A stretch of 64,000 nucleotides of DNA from a virus. Both the position numbers and the translations under genes were made by a program. The notes beneath the pieces are model-generated. The model made no database searches. It was not told where the DNA came from and worked only from the letters and a program-made list of their open reading frames with translations. Shown piece after piece: positions 50,401 through 61,300 of this stretch; positions within the stretch are counted from its first letter, which is position 1; every line of letters starts with the position of its first letter. The stretch lies in the IMG/VR virus record IMGVR_UViG_3300011988_000002, positions 1-64,000 of that record; one strand, written 5' to 3'.

Positions 50401-50663
50401 TAATGAAATTAAATTCCGCACATACTATAACTTAAAAATTATATTGAGATCTTAACCGCTTCTTTTAATACACGTTACGATAATGTATTATGGTTTCGCG
50501 TTCCTAATTGGCATCCAATGCAAGTATACTTTTACTACCTAGAACGAAGCACACTAAAAGAAAGTATATATGCATAAGCTTTAAGATATTGTGCGGTTAT
50601 ATCTAAAACTTATTTTTTATTCTTCTAGGAATATATACAGCAAATTCACTTTACCAATATTAA

Positions 50664-51200
50664 TTAATAGGTTTTTAACCTGTTAACTACGTCTGTTCTA
50701 TCTGCACTTGCAAGTTTCTTAAGCTTACGTTTTTCTTGCTTAGTAGGTTTGTAGTGCATATCCTTTGAAACTTCTTTCCATTTGTTAATAAGTTTCTTAA
50801 GTCTATTGTGATTTTGTTTACTTATTATTGGTAATTTATTTTTAATACAATAACGTACACTAAAATCATAATAGATAAATTTTGAAAGTATTGTATGTAA
50901 ATAATCTTTTTCTTTAAAGTTTATAAACATACGCATTTCTTTTTCTAAAATGTTTCTCTCATCTTCGTAAGTGTGTAGGCGATTAGAAATATGAGAATAT
51001 TTCCATCTACTTTCACTCTTTACGAAACTATTGGTACAGGAATTAATGTTAAATGGCGAAAATGATAATATCATTCCGTAATTAGTTTTAGGAAGAGTAA
51101 ATATAGTTGCATTAGTTCTTAAAAGATTTCGTGTAACTCTTGCTTCTATACGTTTTCTTTCCTTTAGTAAATCTTCTCTTTCCATTTCAATTATTTTCAT
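50664..51200 (-). CDS. hypothetical basic protein (178 aa), freestanding between terminators
   Basis: ORF. Confidence 0.55.
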   Translation of the reverse strand: MKIIEMEREDLLKERKRIEARVTRNLLRTNATIFTLPKTNYGMILSFSPFNINSCTNSFVKSESRWKYSHISNRLHTYEDERNILEKEMRMFINFKEKDYLHTILSKFIYYDFSVRYCIKNKLPIISKQNHNRLKKLINKWKEVSKDMHYKPTKQEKRKLKKLASADRTDVVNRLKTY

Positions 51201-51297
51201 ATTCTAATCACCTCCAACTTAACAGGAAATAAAGACTTTAGGCTTCCAATATCGACTGGAATTTCACTAAATTATTTATAATTATCTAATATTTAAC

Positions 51298-53142
51298 TTA
51301 GTCTTCTAATTGCTCATTTTTATATGAGTTATCTTGTTCCATTCCAAGTTGTGTACCTATACATACAAGTAGTTCAGGTACAACATGTTTTCCTCCAACT
51401 TTATAGTTAAATATTGCATTATTAACAGAATTACATATCTGTATAAGCATATGTTCTTTTGTAAGTATATCAAGTTTTTGTGCTGTTTTAGAATAGCTAC
51501 TTCTTCCAGTTTTCTTAGAAGCATCTTTCTCAACTGGATATCCTTTTGAGTTAGTTTCTGATATAGAAGTAGAGCTATTAGTTTCTCTAGGGTCATTTCT
51601 TTGTCTATTATACCAGATAAATCCTACTTCATGCTTAGATGTTAAAGGCATCTTTACACCACTATCTTCTACATGCCATATAGTAAGTCTTTCATAACCT
51701 ACATATTTCTTTGCAAGTATTGCAAGTTGTGCATGTGTAGGAAGATTATTAAGATTTGTATATGGAAGATATATTATTGGTGGAAATCCTTCTTTTATAA
51801 ATTCGTACAAATCATCTTCAGTCATTCCAATAGATAAGAATTCATCTTCTAAATCAAGTAAAGTATAGTATTTATGTAAAAACTCATATGTTTTCTTAGG
51901 TGTAATAGTTCCATCATTTATACAAAGCTTTAACTTTTCCATTACTCCTGTATGAAACACTTCAAAAAGTGGAGCTGCTGTTGACCTTGCTATAAGTGAT
52001 TGAGATATATACTCACAGTCTATGTTACGTCCATATTCATCTACAAAAGAACCATCTCTATATACATTTTGTATAGTAAACTTTCCTCCAGATTGTGTAG
52101 AGAATTTATATCCTACATCTGGTATATCTATTGTGTAGAAAGTCATCTTTATATAAGGATAGTCAACTGCTTGTGAGTTTATTCTAAAGTTATCATGTTT
52201 GTAGTTTTCTTTTATTATATTTGCTTCTTCAGATAACATATTAGTTGGATACTCAGATAAAGCATCATATATAGCATGTCTATATTCAAGATATTCAAGT
52301 CTATATCTTTCAAGATTATCATCTTTACATTTTTGATTACAGTAAACTTCTACTCTTGCAAGAAATGAATTGCTATCAACTCTTATTTGCTCATCTTCAA
52401 ATCCACTTGCAATCTCAGGATTTTGTCCAAGTATTATAGGGTCATCAGTATTTGCTATTACTTTAAATAGAATATCATCTTTTATTACTTCTCCTATTTT
52501 AGGAAATAGTTCTGGATATCTACTTATTATAGTCTTTTCATTAAGCTCTATCTTAATTTCTGTATGCCTTAAACATGTAAACTTGCGACAAAAAGACTCA
52601 GATACATTTGCACTATCTGAAGAGTTATGAACATTAGTTGTGATTATTGACCTTATATTCTTTCCAAGTCCTAAAGTATTAGTAACTGGATTATAACTAT
52701 TTGGATAAGTTATACAGAAGTTATCTTCATCATCTCTAATATCATACTCTTTTCCTATTTCTAGTAAATCTAAATCTGTATTAAGTATTGATGCAAATGA
52801 ACTATTTGGATGGAACTTATCTGTTTCAAGGTAATAAATTATTCCATTTAATTTATAGATGTAAAAGTTCATAAATTGATACTTTATATGATGTAGAAGT
52901 GTTATTTTACCTCTACGTCTTCTTATTACACTACTTCTACATACTATATCTTGCATAAGACTACTTTGATAATAAGGATACTCTGCTTCAAGTGGAACTA
53001 CAAGTTTCATAAATTGGTCAAGTGCCATATCCTTACGTTGAGATGAGTTATTTCCATTTGCTGCATAGATAAGAGCTTGTGTTTGTGTTGTCTCAAGCAT
53101 TTCTTCTGTTATATTTACATTACTTCTTTCCTTCACAGTCAA
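51298..53142 (-). CDS. hypothetical large protein (614 aa)
   Basis: Long ORF. Confidence 0.7.
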   Translation of the reverse strand: MTVKERSNVNITEEMLETTQTQALIYAANGNNSSQRKDMALDQFMKLVVPLEAEYPYYQSSLMQDIVCRSSVIRRRRGKITLLHHIKYQFMNFYIYKLNGIIYYLETDKFHPNSSFASILNTDLDLLEIGKEYDIRDDEDNFCITYPNSYNPVTNTLGLGKNIRSIITTNVHNSSDSANVSESFCRKFTCLRHTEIKIELNEKTIISRYPELFPKIGEVIKDDILFKVIANTDDPIILGQNPEIASGFEDEQIRVDSNSFLARVEVYCNQKCKDDNLERYRLEYLEYRHAIYDALSEYPTNMLSEEANIIKENYKHDNFRINSQAVDYPYIKMTFYTIDIPDVGYKFSTQSGGKFTIQNVYRDGSFVDEYGRNIDCEYISQSLIARSTAAPLFEVFHTGVMEKLKLCINDGTITPKKTYEFLHKYYTLLDLEDEFLSIGMTEDDLYEFIKEGFPPIIYLPYTNLNNLPTHAQLAILAKKYVGYERLTIWHVEDSGVKMPLTSKHEVGFIWYNRQRNDPRETNSSTSISETNSKGYPVEKDASKKTGRSSYSKTAQKLDILTKEHMLIQICNSVNNAIFNYKVGGKHVVPELLVCIGTQLGMEQDNSYKNEQLED

Positions 53143-53509
53143 TCTCCTTTCTTAAATCTCTCATTCTAACTATATCTTTTATATAAATGTTATCTCCTTC
53201 TACTCTATCTAGATAGTATAAACTGTATATCATCTTAGCTAGATATGCTTTATTTCCTGGAATTAAATCGTCAAAGTCTACTATACGTATAAATCCAGGT
53301 GATTTATATATTTGAACCTTTTCTAAATCATCTATTTTAGAAATATCTTTAACTTCAAACATTCTATTCCTATACAGTTCATATATTTTACCACTTGCTC
53401 TAGAATAAGTATATCTAATACCTCTACCTCTTACGTACTCATACATCTCATTTCCTTTCAACTCAAGTTTTGGGTCTTTTCTTTTTCTAAAACTAAATAC
53501 ATTCTTCAA
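53120..53509 (-). CDS. hypothetical protein (129 aa)
   Basis: ORF. Confidence 0.5.
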   Translation of the reverse strand: MKNVFSFRKRKDPKLELKGNEMYEYVRGRGIRYTYSRASGKIYELYRNRMFEVKDISKIDDLEKVQIYKSPGFIRIVDFDDLIPGNKAYLAKMIYSLYYLDRVEGDNIYIKDIVRMRDLRKEIDCEGKK

Positions 53510-53582
53510 TTAATATACCTCCTGTTATTTAATATAAGTCCTTTGTGACTTCGACCTATTATTTATAATAGTAATTTATTTA

Positions 53583-53617
53583 CGGGACAAATAAACCTAG
53601 GGTGTGACCCCTAGGTT
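53583..53617 (-). terminator. rho-independent terminator
   Basis: AACCTAGGG-GTCACA-CCCTAGGTT hairpin followed by TTTATTTGTCC on the minus strand. Confidence 0.6.
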
Positions 53618-53622
53618 AGTTA

Positions 53623-54711
53623 TTAGTCTAAGTATGCATTAGGATATTTGATACAGTTATTATTACCTTTTATACCGAGTTTTCCTAATGTAAGAAGTGT
53701 TGATACTGTAACTTCTCCATATGCTCTTGAAACATTCTTGAATTTCTCTACATTATGTTTAAATTCATCACTTTCCATTCCACTCATTTTATCATAAGCA
53801 GATTTTAAAGCTCCACCAACGTGTCCATTTGCACAGAAATTAGAGAAGTTTGCTATATCTTTATAAGTTAAACCTTCAAATGCACGAATATCATATCCAT
53901 TATTCCAGTTTTTAATAATTACATCAAGATTTTTAGCAGAAATAGATTCAAATGGGTTCTCATCTCCTACCGAATCGTCATTATCTCCTGAATCATCTTT
54001 CTTTTCTTCTTCAGTTCCTTTATCATCTTCATTATTATTATTATTATCATCTTGAGAACCTTCATTTTTATCATCACCCTTATCAGAGTCATCTCCTTTA
54101 TCTCCTCCATCATCAAAAGGATTTCCTCCATCATCGTCAGAGTTATTATCTCCACCATCTTCATTTTCATTATCATCTTTATTTTCAGTATCTTCTTCGT
54201 TTTGTTTATCCATATCTGGATTATCAAAATCATCAAGTTCTGCTTCTTTATCTTTCTTTTCAGCATCTTGATTTTCTTTTATAAGTTGAAGAACCATCTT
54301 ACTTGCAGTTTTTATATCTGTTTGCATAGACGATACTGCGTTATTTAGTATTTCATTTATAGTATCTGCAAGTACATTAGGTGTTTCTTCTGCTTCCATT
54401 GCTGATATTATACTTTGATGAACAGAATCATCTGGTATACGTTCTCCATTTAAACTTCTAAGTACTTTAGATGAGATATGGTCAACTGTATTTATTATTG
54501 ATTTAATAACTACATTGTGTTCTTCAACGTTTTCATTTCCAACTAAAGACTCAAGTTTTCTTATATTTATTCCTAATCCATCAAGTACATTACAAGCTAT
54601 TGCTTTAGATGCATCTGATTCAGATATATTTTCACATCCTTTTATAATTACCTTTGCTAGTATCTCTTTAAGTACAGCATCTTTTACTTCATTCATATCA
54701 TTTATATACAT
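53623..54711 (-). CDS. protein with a long acidic low-complexity D/G/N-rich region (362 aa)
   Basis: ORF containing the DDGGDKGDDSDKGDD...NNNNNEDD region, which is encoded across an (AAT)5 repeat. Confidence 0.65.
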   Translation of the reverse strand: MYINDMNEVKDAVLKEILAKVIIKGCENISESDASKAIACNVLDGLGINIRKLESLVGNENVEEHNVVIKSIINTVDHISSKVLRSLNGERIPDDSVHQSIISAMEAEETPNVLADTINEILNNAVSSMQTDIKTASKMVLQLIKENQDAEKKDKEAELDDFDNPDMDKQNEEDTENKDDNENEDGGDNNSDDDGGNPFDDGGDKGDDSDKGDDKNEGSQDDNNNNNEDDKGTEEEKKDDSGDNDDSVGDENPFESISAKNLDVIIKNWNNGYDIRAFEGLTYKDIANFSNFCANGHVGGALKSAYDKMSGMESDEFKHNVEKFKNVSRAYGEVTVSTLLTLGKLGIKGNNNCIKYPNAYLD

Positions 54712-54722
54712 TTCATCACTCC

Positions 54723-54941
54723 TTATAATGATTCTATAAATTCACTATTTCTTAAAATACTTATTAAATGAGACCTTCCCATACAAGGATTTACAGCATT
54801 CATAAGTTCTCTTATGATGCTAGGTGTTTCAATAGACCTTTCTATTAAGTCATGATTATCTTCTCCTGGTTCTCTGTAACTATTTATAATAATTCTAAGA
54901 CCATTAAAAGAATGACTCAAAATCTCCTTCTGTGTCTTCAT
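54723..54941 (-). CDS. hypothetical protein (72 aa)
   Basis: ORF. Confidence 0.4.
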   Translation of the reverse strand: MKTQKEILSHSFNGLRIIINSYREPGEDNHDLIERSIETPSIIRELMNAVNPCMGRSHLISILRNSEFIESL

Positions 54942-55860
54942 GTAGTAGTTTACCTCCTTGTTCGATAATCTCTAGTGCTAGAGGAACTTTATTAAATAAC
55001 ATACAAGATAGCTTATATTCTGCATCTATACGATTAAATTCTCTAGACTTAAGTTCAGTTACTCCAGCAAGTTCTTTTATAGTCTCTGCTGGATAATATT
55101 TTAGTTCTTCTAATATTCTACCAAGCTTAGTTTTCATTTGCTTAGTAGATTTTATTGATTCACATATTTCTTCAACTATTTTCTTCATATGTTTAAATTG
55201 CTCTTTTATACTTCGATTACTCTGATATTTAAAGTTTTTATAACTAAGTTGCCAATATTTATAATGAGAACTTTCTTCTATTTTCTCTCTATAATAGTCA
55301 TTCTTCTCCTTACTATTATTAAAGTACACGTATACTTCAGCTCTAGGATTATCAGGAGTTATTATCTTAGGAGAATATAAAGTTCCAATGTTATATCCAT
55401 CTGTAAGTATGATTCTAAATTCGTTTTGTAACATAACATCATTATGAATCTTAATCATATTATCAACGTCTTTTTCTCCCATATGTGCAAGTCTTTCTTT
55501 ATAGTAAAGGTCTCCTATATATTTCTTTAGCTTTAATATACGTTTTTTATCTTTTTCAGTAGCTTCTAAGTAGAAGTTACATTTAAGTAGATAAGGAGAA
55601 AGTATAGTTAATTTTTTAAGAAGTTCAGTTCTTTCAAAGAATGGTTTAAAAGCTTTCTTCATCTTCATTTGGTTTACAAGAGCAATACCACCTGTTTTCA
55701 TATTTGGTTTTGGTCTACTATCTGCAAATGGTTCTCCATATAATACCATTTTAAGACAAGTATTAAAACCATACTTTTTACAGATATCTTTATCTTCTTT
55801 AGGTATATCCATTAAAATAGCATAGTCTTTACTTGAGTCTCTATCATCATTCTTTTTCAT
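54904..55860 (-). CDS. hypothetical protein (318 aa)
   Basis: ORF. Confidence 0.6.
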   Translation of the reverse strand: MKKNDDRDSSKDYAILMDIPKEDKDICKKYGFNTCLKMVLYGEPFADSRPKPNMKTGGIALVNQMKMKKAFKPFFERTELLKKLTILSPYLLKCNFYLEATEKDKKRILKLKKYIGDLYYKERLAHMGEKDVDNMIKIHNDVMLQNEFRIILTDGYNIGTLYSPKIITPDNPRAEVYVYFNNSKEKNDYYREKIEESSHYKYWQLSYKNFKYQSNRSIKEQFKHMKKIVEEICESIKSTKQMKTKLGRILEELKYYPAETIKELAGVTELKSREFNRIDAEYKLSCMLFNKVPLALEIIEQGGKLLHEDTEGDFESFF

Positions 55861-55871
55861 TATATTCTCCT

Positions 55872-58343
55872 TTATCTTGTAAGTGTTCTTCTTAAGTAGT
55901 TGAAGTTTGTATTTATTGTGTAATCTTGGTATGCATTAGATGCAATACGCATTATATTTGATACATTATCAACATATGCTCCTAGTTTTCCTTCTACAAA
56001 ATATTCATAAAGTCCTATCGGTATCTTTGTAAATACAGTATTGTGACCTGCAAGAGTTGCAAGTAAGTTAAAACTAGATGTTGGGTTAAACATAGAAGTT
56101 ATAATTGCCTCAGGTGTATCATTTGCTGTAAATCTTCTAAGTTTAGGAGATGTAGCAACATTTATTAGAGGAACTATATTGATACTAATTGTAATATCAG
56201 ATGCTATACCTTCTGTTGTATTATAAGTTGCATCTGTTTTTATATTTATACTTTCAATTGCAGCACGTGGTAAGTTCATAACACCTTTACTAAATGCTGC
56301 ACAATAATATGGCTGTTGAGGAATTATATATTTTTCCTGACTGTCTTGTTCGTTTTTAACTATAAAGAAAGGTATAAGTTTACATATAGCAAAATGAAGT
56401 CTAAATAAACTCCATCTATCTGTTCCAACTGCAAGTAGTCTTATATTTGCCGTATATGTTTCACCAAGTGTTGAACCTTTTATAATCTTTGGAATTACTA
56501 TCTGAGATGATAAGTTAAATCCAACCCAACTTCCATCGTGATAGTTATGAAATCTTAACTCTTTCCATGCATCTTTAAATGTTTCTGGGTCTCCTCCAAG
56601 CATTTCAAATCCTTTAATCTTTTGAAGTCCAGCTGTTACAAGTTTACCCATTTGGTCTTTCCAATATTGTACAGTTGCAGCAGAAAGCTCAGATTCTTGT
56701 AAATCAAGTGAAGATGAATAGTTCTTTTCAATAGGTCCATCACAGTAGAATGTAACAAATGGTAATCCTTTATTAATAGTTTCAGGGTCAGCATTTAGTA
56801 TATATTTCATAAAGTTAATAACAGACTGGTCATTTAAGTTATTATTATCGTAACCAGCTTGATATAAATCCTGTAGTCCTGGAATCTTCTCAAAGTTACC
56901 GTTAATTGCACCTTTAAGTAAGTTAGAACCAAGTTTTTTAACTCCATCTATACCTTGGTCAACTGCTGTTCCAACCATTCTATCATAAAGAGCAAGACCA
57001 ACATCTCCTCCATGTGTTCCCATAAAGGCACGTAATCCTTCTTTTGCATTCTTAATAGAGCTATCAACCCATTTATCAAGCTCTTTAGCTTTCTTAGTTG
57101 CAGTATCTACTACATCTGCATATCCTTTTTTAAGTTGATTAAACTTATTTTGTAGACTTCCTGCTTTTTTAGCAAGTTCGTTTGCTTTTTTACCAAACTT
57201 AGATAAAGGATAAGGATTTGCTTTTTTAAGAGCTTTTTTGGTATTTTGGTCCCAGAACTTATTATCTCCTAGTATAGAGTCATCAACAGCAAGTATTTCA
57301 TTACTCTTAACTTGATATGTTCCTGTCAGTGCTTTTTCTTTTGCCTTTTTATTTGCATTAGCTAAATCAGACTTAGCTTTATTCATTAACTGGTCTGCAA
57401 TAGCTTTACCTTGACCTGGTTTAGTTTTAGCAAATTTATATGGGTCAGCCTTACCTCCACTTAAAAAATCATCGGCTGCTTCAAATCCACTTCTACTTAA
57501 TCCACCAATCATACTAGCAGTATTTTTAATGACTTTACCTGGAAACTTTACAGCTTTAGAAAGCCATCCTTCTTCCCATTCAGTACCTATAATCTCACCT
57601 TTCATAGCAGAGAATCTATCTCCTAGTTTATCACATATGTGTTTAGGTAAGAATACTTCCATATCTTTAGTTGTGTATGTACCAAGCCCTAAAAGCATAA
57701 GAGATGCTCTTGCATGTACACATACATCTCTCCAATATGCTTCTGTTGCTATATCTGCATCAAATCCATAACTAGGAATATTAACAGAACCCCAAAGACT
57801 ATCTTTAAGTTTACCAAGCAAGTTACCTTTACTTCCACCAAGTATCATAGTTTTAAATGGTGACGGGTCTAACTTTAATGGAGTAAGAGAGAGATAACTC
57901 CCTCTTTCCATTACAAGTTTTGCATATTTCTTACCAACTAAACCACTCTCAAACGATGTAGCCTGAGACCTAAACATAGCTTCTTGCATAAATGGTGGTG
58001 GGTCAACTATATTATCTGCCATAGGTGGCATACCCTCTATATGATTTTTATAATCAAGTCTTACGTAATACTTTGCAGATGGATTTTGTTCATTTTTAAC
58101 ACTGGGTGAGCTTAACTTAAATGTACCAAGTTGAGCAAAGTCAGTTTTTGCAAATGGTGATGACATTGCTCTTGCGTCAAAATCACTTTGTACTATGCTT
58201 CCAAGTTTACCACCTGCATTATAAAAACCTCCACGTCCTGCAGTTCCTCTAAAGATACGGTCTTTTACTTCTCCAACAGTTGATTTTGCAGAACCTCTTA
58301 TTCTTCTATCAACAGCTTCTACTATATTTGTAAAAAGTCCCAC
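55872..58343 (-). CDS. large virion protein (823 aa), immediately upstream of the tape-measure-like gene
   Basis: Long ORF. Confidence 0.7.
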   Translation of the reverse strand: MGLFTNIVEAVDRRIRGSAKSTVGEVKDRIFRGTAGRGGFYNAGGKLGSIVQSDFDARAMSSPFAKTDFAQLGTFKLSSPSVKNEQNPSAKYYVRLDYKNHIEGMPPMADNIVDPPPFMQEAMFRSQATSFESGLVGKKYAKLVMERGSYLSLTPLKLDPSPFKTMILGGSKGNLLGKLKDSLWGSVNIPSYGFDADIATEAYWRDVCVHARASLMLLGLGTYTTKDMEVFLPKHICDKLGDRFSAMKGEIIGTEWEEGWLSKAVKFPGKVIKNTASMIGGLSRSGFEAADDFLSGGKADPYKFAKTKPGQGKAIADQLMNKAKSDLANANKKAKEKALTGTYQVKSNEILAVDDSILGDNKFWDQNTKKALKKANPYPLSKFGKKANELAKKAGSLQNKFNQLKKGYADVVDTATKKAKELDKWVDSSIKNAKEGLRAFMGTHGGDVGLALYDRMVGTAVDQGIDGVKKLGSNLLKGAINGNFEKIPGLQDLYQAGYDNNNLNDQSVINFMKYILNADPETINKGLPFVTFYCDGPIEKNYSSSLDLQESELSAATVQYWKDQMGKLVTAGLQKIKGFEMLGGDPETFKDAWKELRFHNYHDGSWVGFNLSSQIVIPKIIKGSTLGETYTANIRLLAVGTDRWSLFRLHFAICKLIPFFIVKNEQDSQEKYIIPQQPYYCAAFSKGVMNLPRAAIESINIKTDATYNTTEGIASDITISINIVPLINVATSPKLRRFTANDTPEAIITSMFNPTSSFNLLATLAGHNTVFTKIPIGLYEYFVEGKLGAYVDNVSNIMRIASNAYQDYTINTNFNYLRRTLTR

Positions 58344-58354
58344 AATAAACCTCC

Positions 58355-61300
58355 TTAATATTTAGATTTTGCAATACTTCTTGCATTATTTATCAGAAAA
58401 TTGTCTCTACTTTCACTTTGCATAAATGTTAGTATTTGCGTAAGTACTTCAGTAGTTTTAGCTTGTTGCTTCATAAGTCCACTAAACAGTGACGACATTA
58501 CTTTAATTAAAACTCCTATAGTTTTATCATTATCAGAAGTATTTACTATTTGTACTGGACGATTATCTTGATTTACTGGTCCGTCTCCTTTTTCTTCACC
58601 ACGTGATTTAGACATATTAGAAGTTGCACCTTTAAGTCCATTTCTTTGTGCATATGCAATGTTTTCAGCTTCTGTCATCTTTAAGTTATTATAAGATAAA
58701 TCAAGTACTTTAAATGGGTCTATCTTGTTACCATTTGCATCTATAACTTCGTAGTGTAAGTGAGAACCGTATGCATCAACTCTACCATTAGGTCCTACTC
58801 CACCTGCTTCTCCTATTTGTTGACCAGCTTTTACAAATTCTCCTATTTTAAGAGGAGTTCTTCTAGATAAATGTAAGTATCTTGTAGATATACCTTTATC
58901 ATCAGTTATTTGTACTATACCAAAGTTAGATGTATTTGATGTTATCTTACCACTATGCGTTGCAAATATAGGTGTTCCTTTATATGCACGTATATCTATA
59001 CCTCTGTGTGGATTTGAACCTCCTTTTACATTACGAGGACCAAATGCAGATGTAACTACTACATCATTTTTACTTCCTTTAATCGGCATATTATTCATAA
59101 TACCAGCATACGTCTTGCCTATAGACTCACCATATTTAACAGTAGAATCTATCTTATCTGGTTTGTATATAGTATCTCCTGACGTTGAAAGACCAAATGC
59201 ACCAGCATAATTTATAGCAGTACCACTTTTCTTATTTCTAACATCAAGTCCTGATATAAGTCCATTTTTAAACCAAGTATACATTTCTGATACTGTAAAT
59301 GGTCTTATACGTTTCTTACCACCTTCATAGAAGAAATAAGGATTGGCATCTATTACAGATTTTGATGTTTCAAGTTGTATACCTATTGCATCTTTAGAAG
59401 CCTGAATATACTTTCTTGCTCCACTAAATCCAAACGCATGAACCATATAAACTTCTTCAGGAAGTGGGTCACGACCTGCATGTTGACGTGCAATTTTATA
59501 TTCATCTGCAAGGTGAAATGCTCCCATAAATGCATTCATATATGGGTTAAATCTAGGGTCTTGTCCTGTTCCCATTCCACGTTGCATATCTTGTGGTGTT
59601 AGTCCTATTTTAGATGCATGTTTATTAGTAACATCTTTCCATGTTGCCGATGTAAATTGGAATAACCCTTTTGCAGACGAAGTTCTTGCACCAGCATTTG
59701 CATCAAATCCAGATTCTTTACCAGCTATTGCCATCATAAGATTTTCATCAACACCAGTTATTTGAGCAACTTTTGATATAATAGCAATAGTATCGTTGTT
59801 ACCATTAGTTATTTTAGAGAAGTCTCCTTGCAAACCAGTTCCTACACCCATAGTAAGACCAAAGTTATTACCTCCAAAAGCTGCAGCTGCTGCATTTTGT
59901 ACAAGTCCAAGTGCTCCATTTATAGCAGGATAACTTCCATATTTAAATTTAGCCACTTTATTTGCACGAAGTCTACCAAAGTTTATAGGTTTTATATCAC
60001 TAGGTCCACCTTTTTCACCTTTTAGTGCTTGTTGTCTATCAAGTAAATACTTAAGGTCTCTTTCTTTCTTATCTGGTTTACTAAAGCTTTCTCTTACTTT
60101 AAGTGGATATTTATTAAGTTTTTCACTATTTATAAATTCCATCTTAGCCATTCTATAAGAGTAGTCACTGTCACCTTGATGTGCTTTTACAAACTCATAC
60201 CACTCAGGTGTATCAACATATGATGTCATTTTGCTCATAAAAGCTTTATCACGTTCTGCTTTTTTAGCAGGGTCTAACCACTTACCGTTCTTATCAAACA
60301 TAGAACCATCGCCGTTATCGTTACCTTCACCCATAGCATAGAACTCTTCTTCTTTCCTACCAGTCATCTCTGTTGCTTTATTAGCAAGATATCTTTGTAA
60401 AAATGCAAGTCCAGTCCATGTTAGTGTAGCTCCAAGACCTGTTTGTGCAAATGCATTAACTTTACTAAGTCCATTAGTTACAAGTCCCCATGTTTTACTA
60501 GCAACATTTTTAACACCACCCCAAAGTTTAGACATAAGTGCCTTACCTTTAGTAAGTAAAGATGTGATACCAAGCATACTAAGTCCATTTTTAATAGTGT
60601 CAACTACTCCTCCACCAGTCTTTTTAGCAGCTTCTACTTGAGATGTAACTCCTTGTGTAGTTTGGGTAGTTCCTGTTCCACCTAAAGCACCATTTAGTAT
60701 TGCATCTTCAACCTTTTCTTTTTTAATTTGGTCTCTTTGAAATGATGGTTTGCTAAACATTTGTCTTATATGATGAAGTCTGTTTTTATCTTTAGGTGTT
60801 TTAGCATCTTGATAACTCATCTGTAATGCAGTTTTAGATGATTCTAAATCTGTATTTGTAAGTGCAATCGTATCGTCACCTATAATACGAACGTTCACAA
60901 AATCATTTATTTTATCAAGTATTTCTTGTAGTTTTGATACTATTGGGTCTTGTGTTTCATTTGATTCGTCTGAAACAACAGGTGTTCCATCTGCATTAGT
61001 TGCACCAGTTGGTACAAGTCCAGTTGATGACCCTTTATTTCCTATATATTTACCTAGTTTATAAAGTCCATATACTGCCATTCCTATACCGTTTGATTTA
61101 AGTGTGGATTTAACAGCGTCACGAGCTCTTTCTTTAAAGTTCTTTTTAAACTTCTCTACTTTACTCATATCAGAGTCTGCTTTTAAGCTAGAATCTCCTG
61201 GATGAGTGAGTACGGTTACAGATATAAGTCTTGCAAGTATATCACCTGTTAGTATTTCTGTTTTATAAACTTGTGCTTGTGGGTCACATATTTGACATTT

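Noticed and set aside
50401-50663. About 260-nt non-coding stretch with GC-richer patches (GGTTTCGCGTTCC, ATTGGCATCCAAT hairpin), possibly a small RNA
   Set aside because: It has no recognisable tRNA or ribozyme signature. It is most simply the promoter or leader region of gene 49483..50271 downstream of a terminator.
53952-54348. Overlapping ORFs 53952..54284(+), 54052..54348(+) and 53967..54266(-) in the acidic-repeat region
   Set aside because: They are artefacts of the triplet-repeat low-complexity sequence. The real gene is 53623..54711(-).
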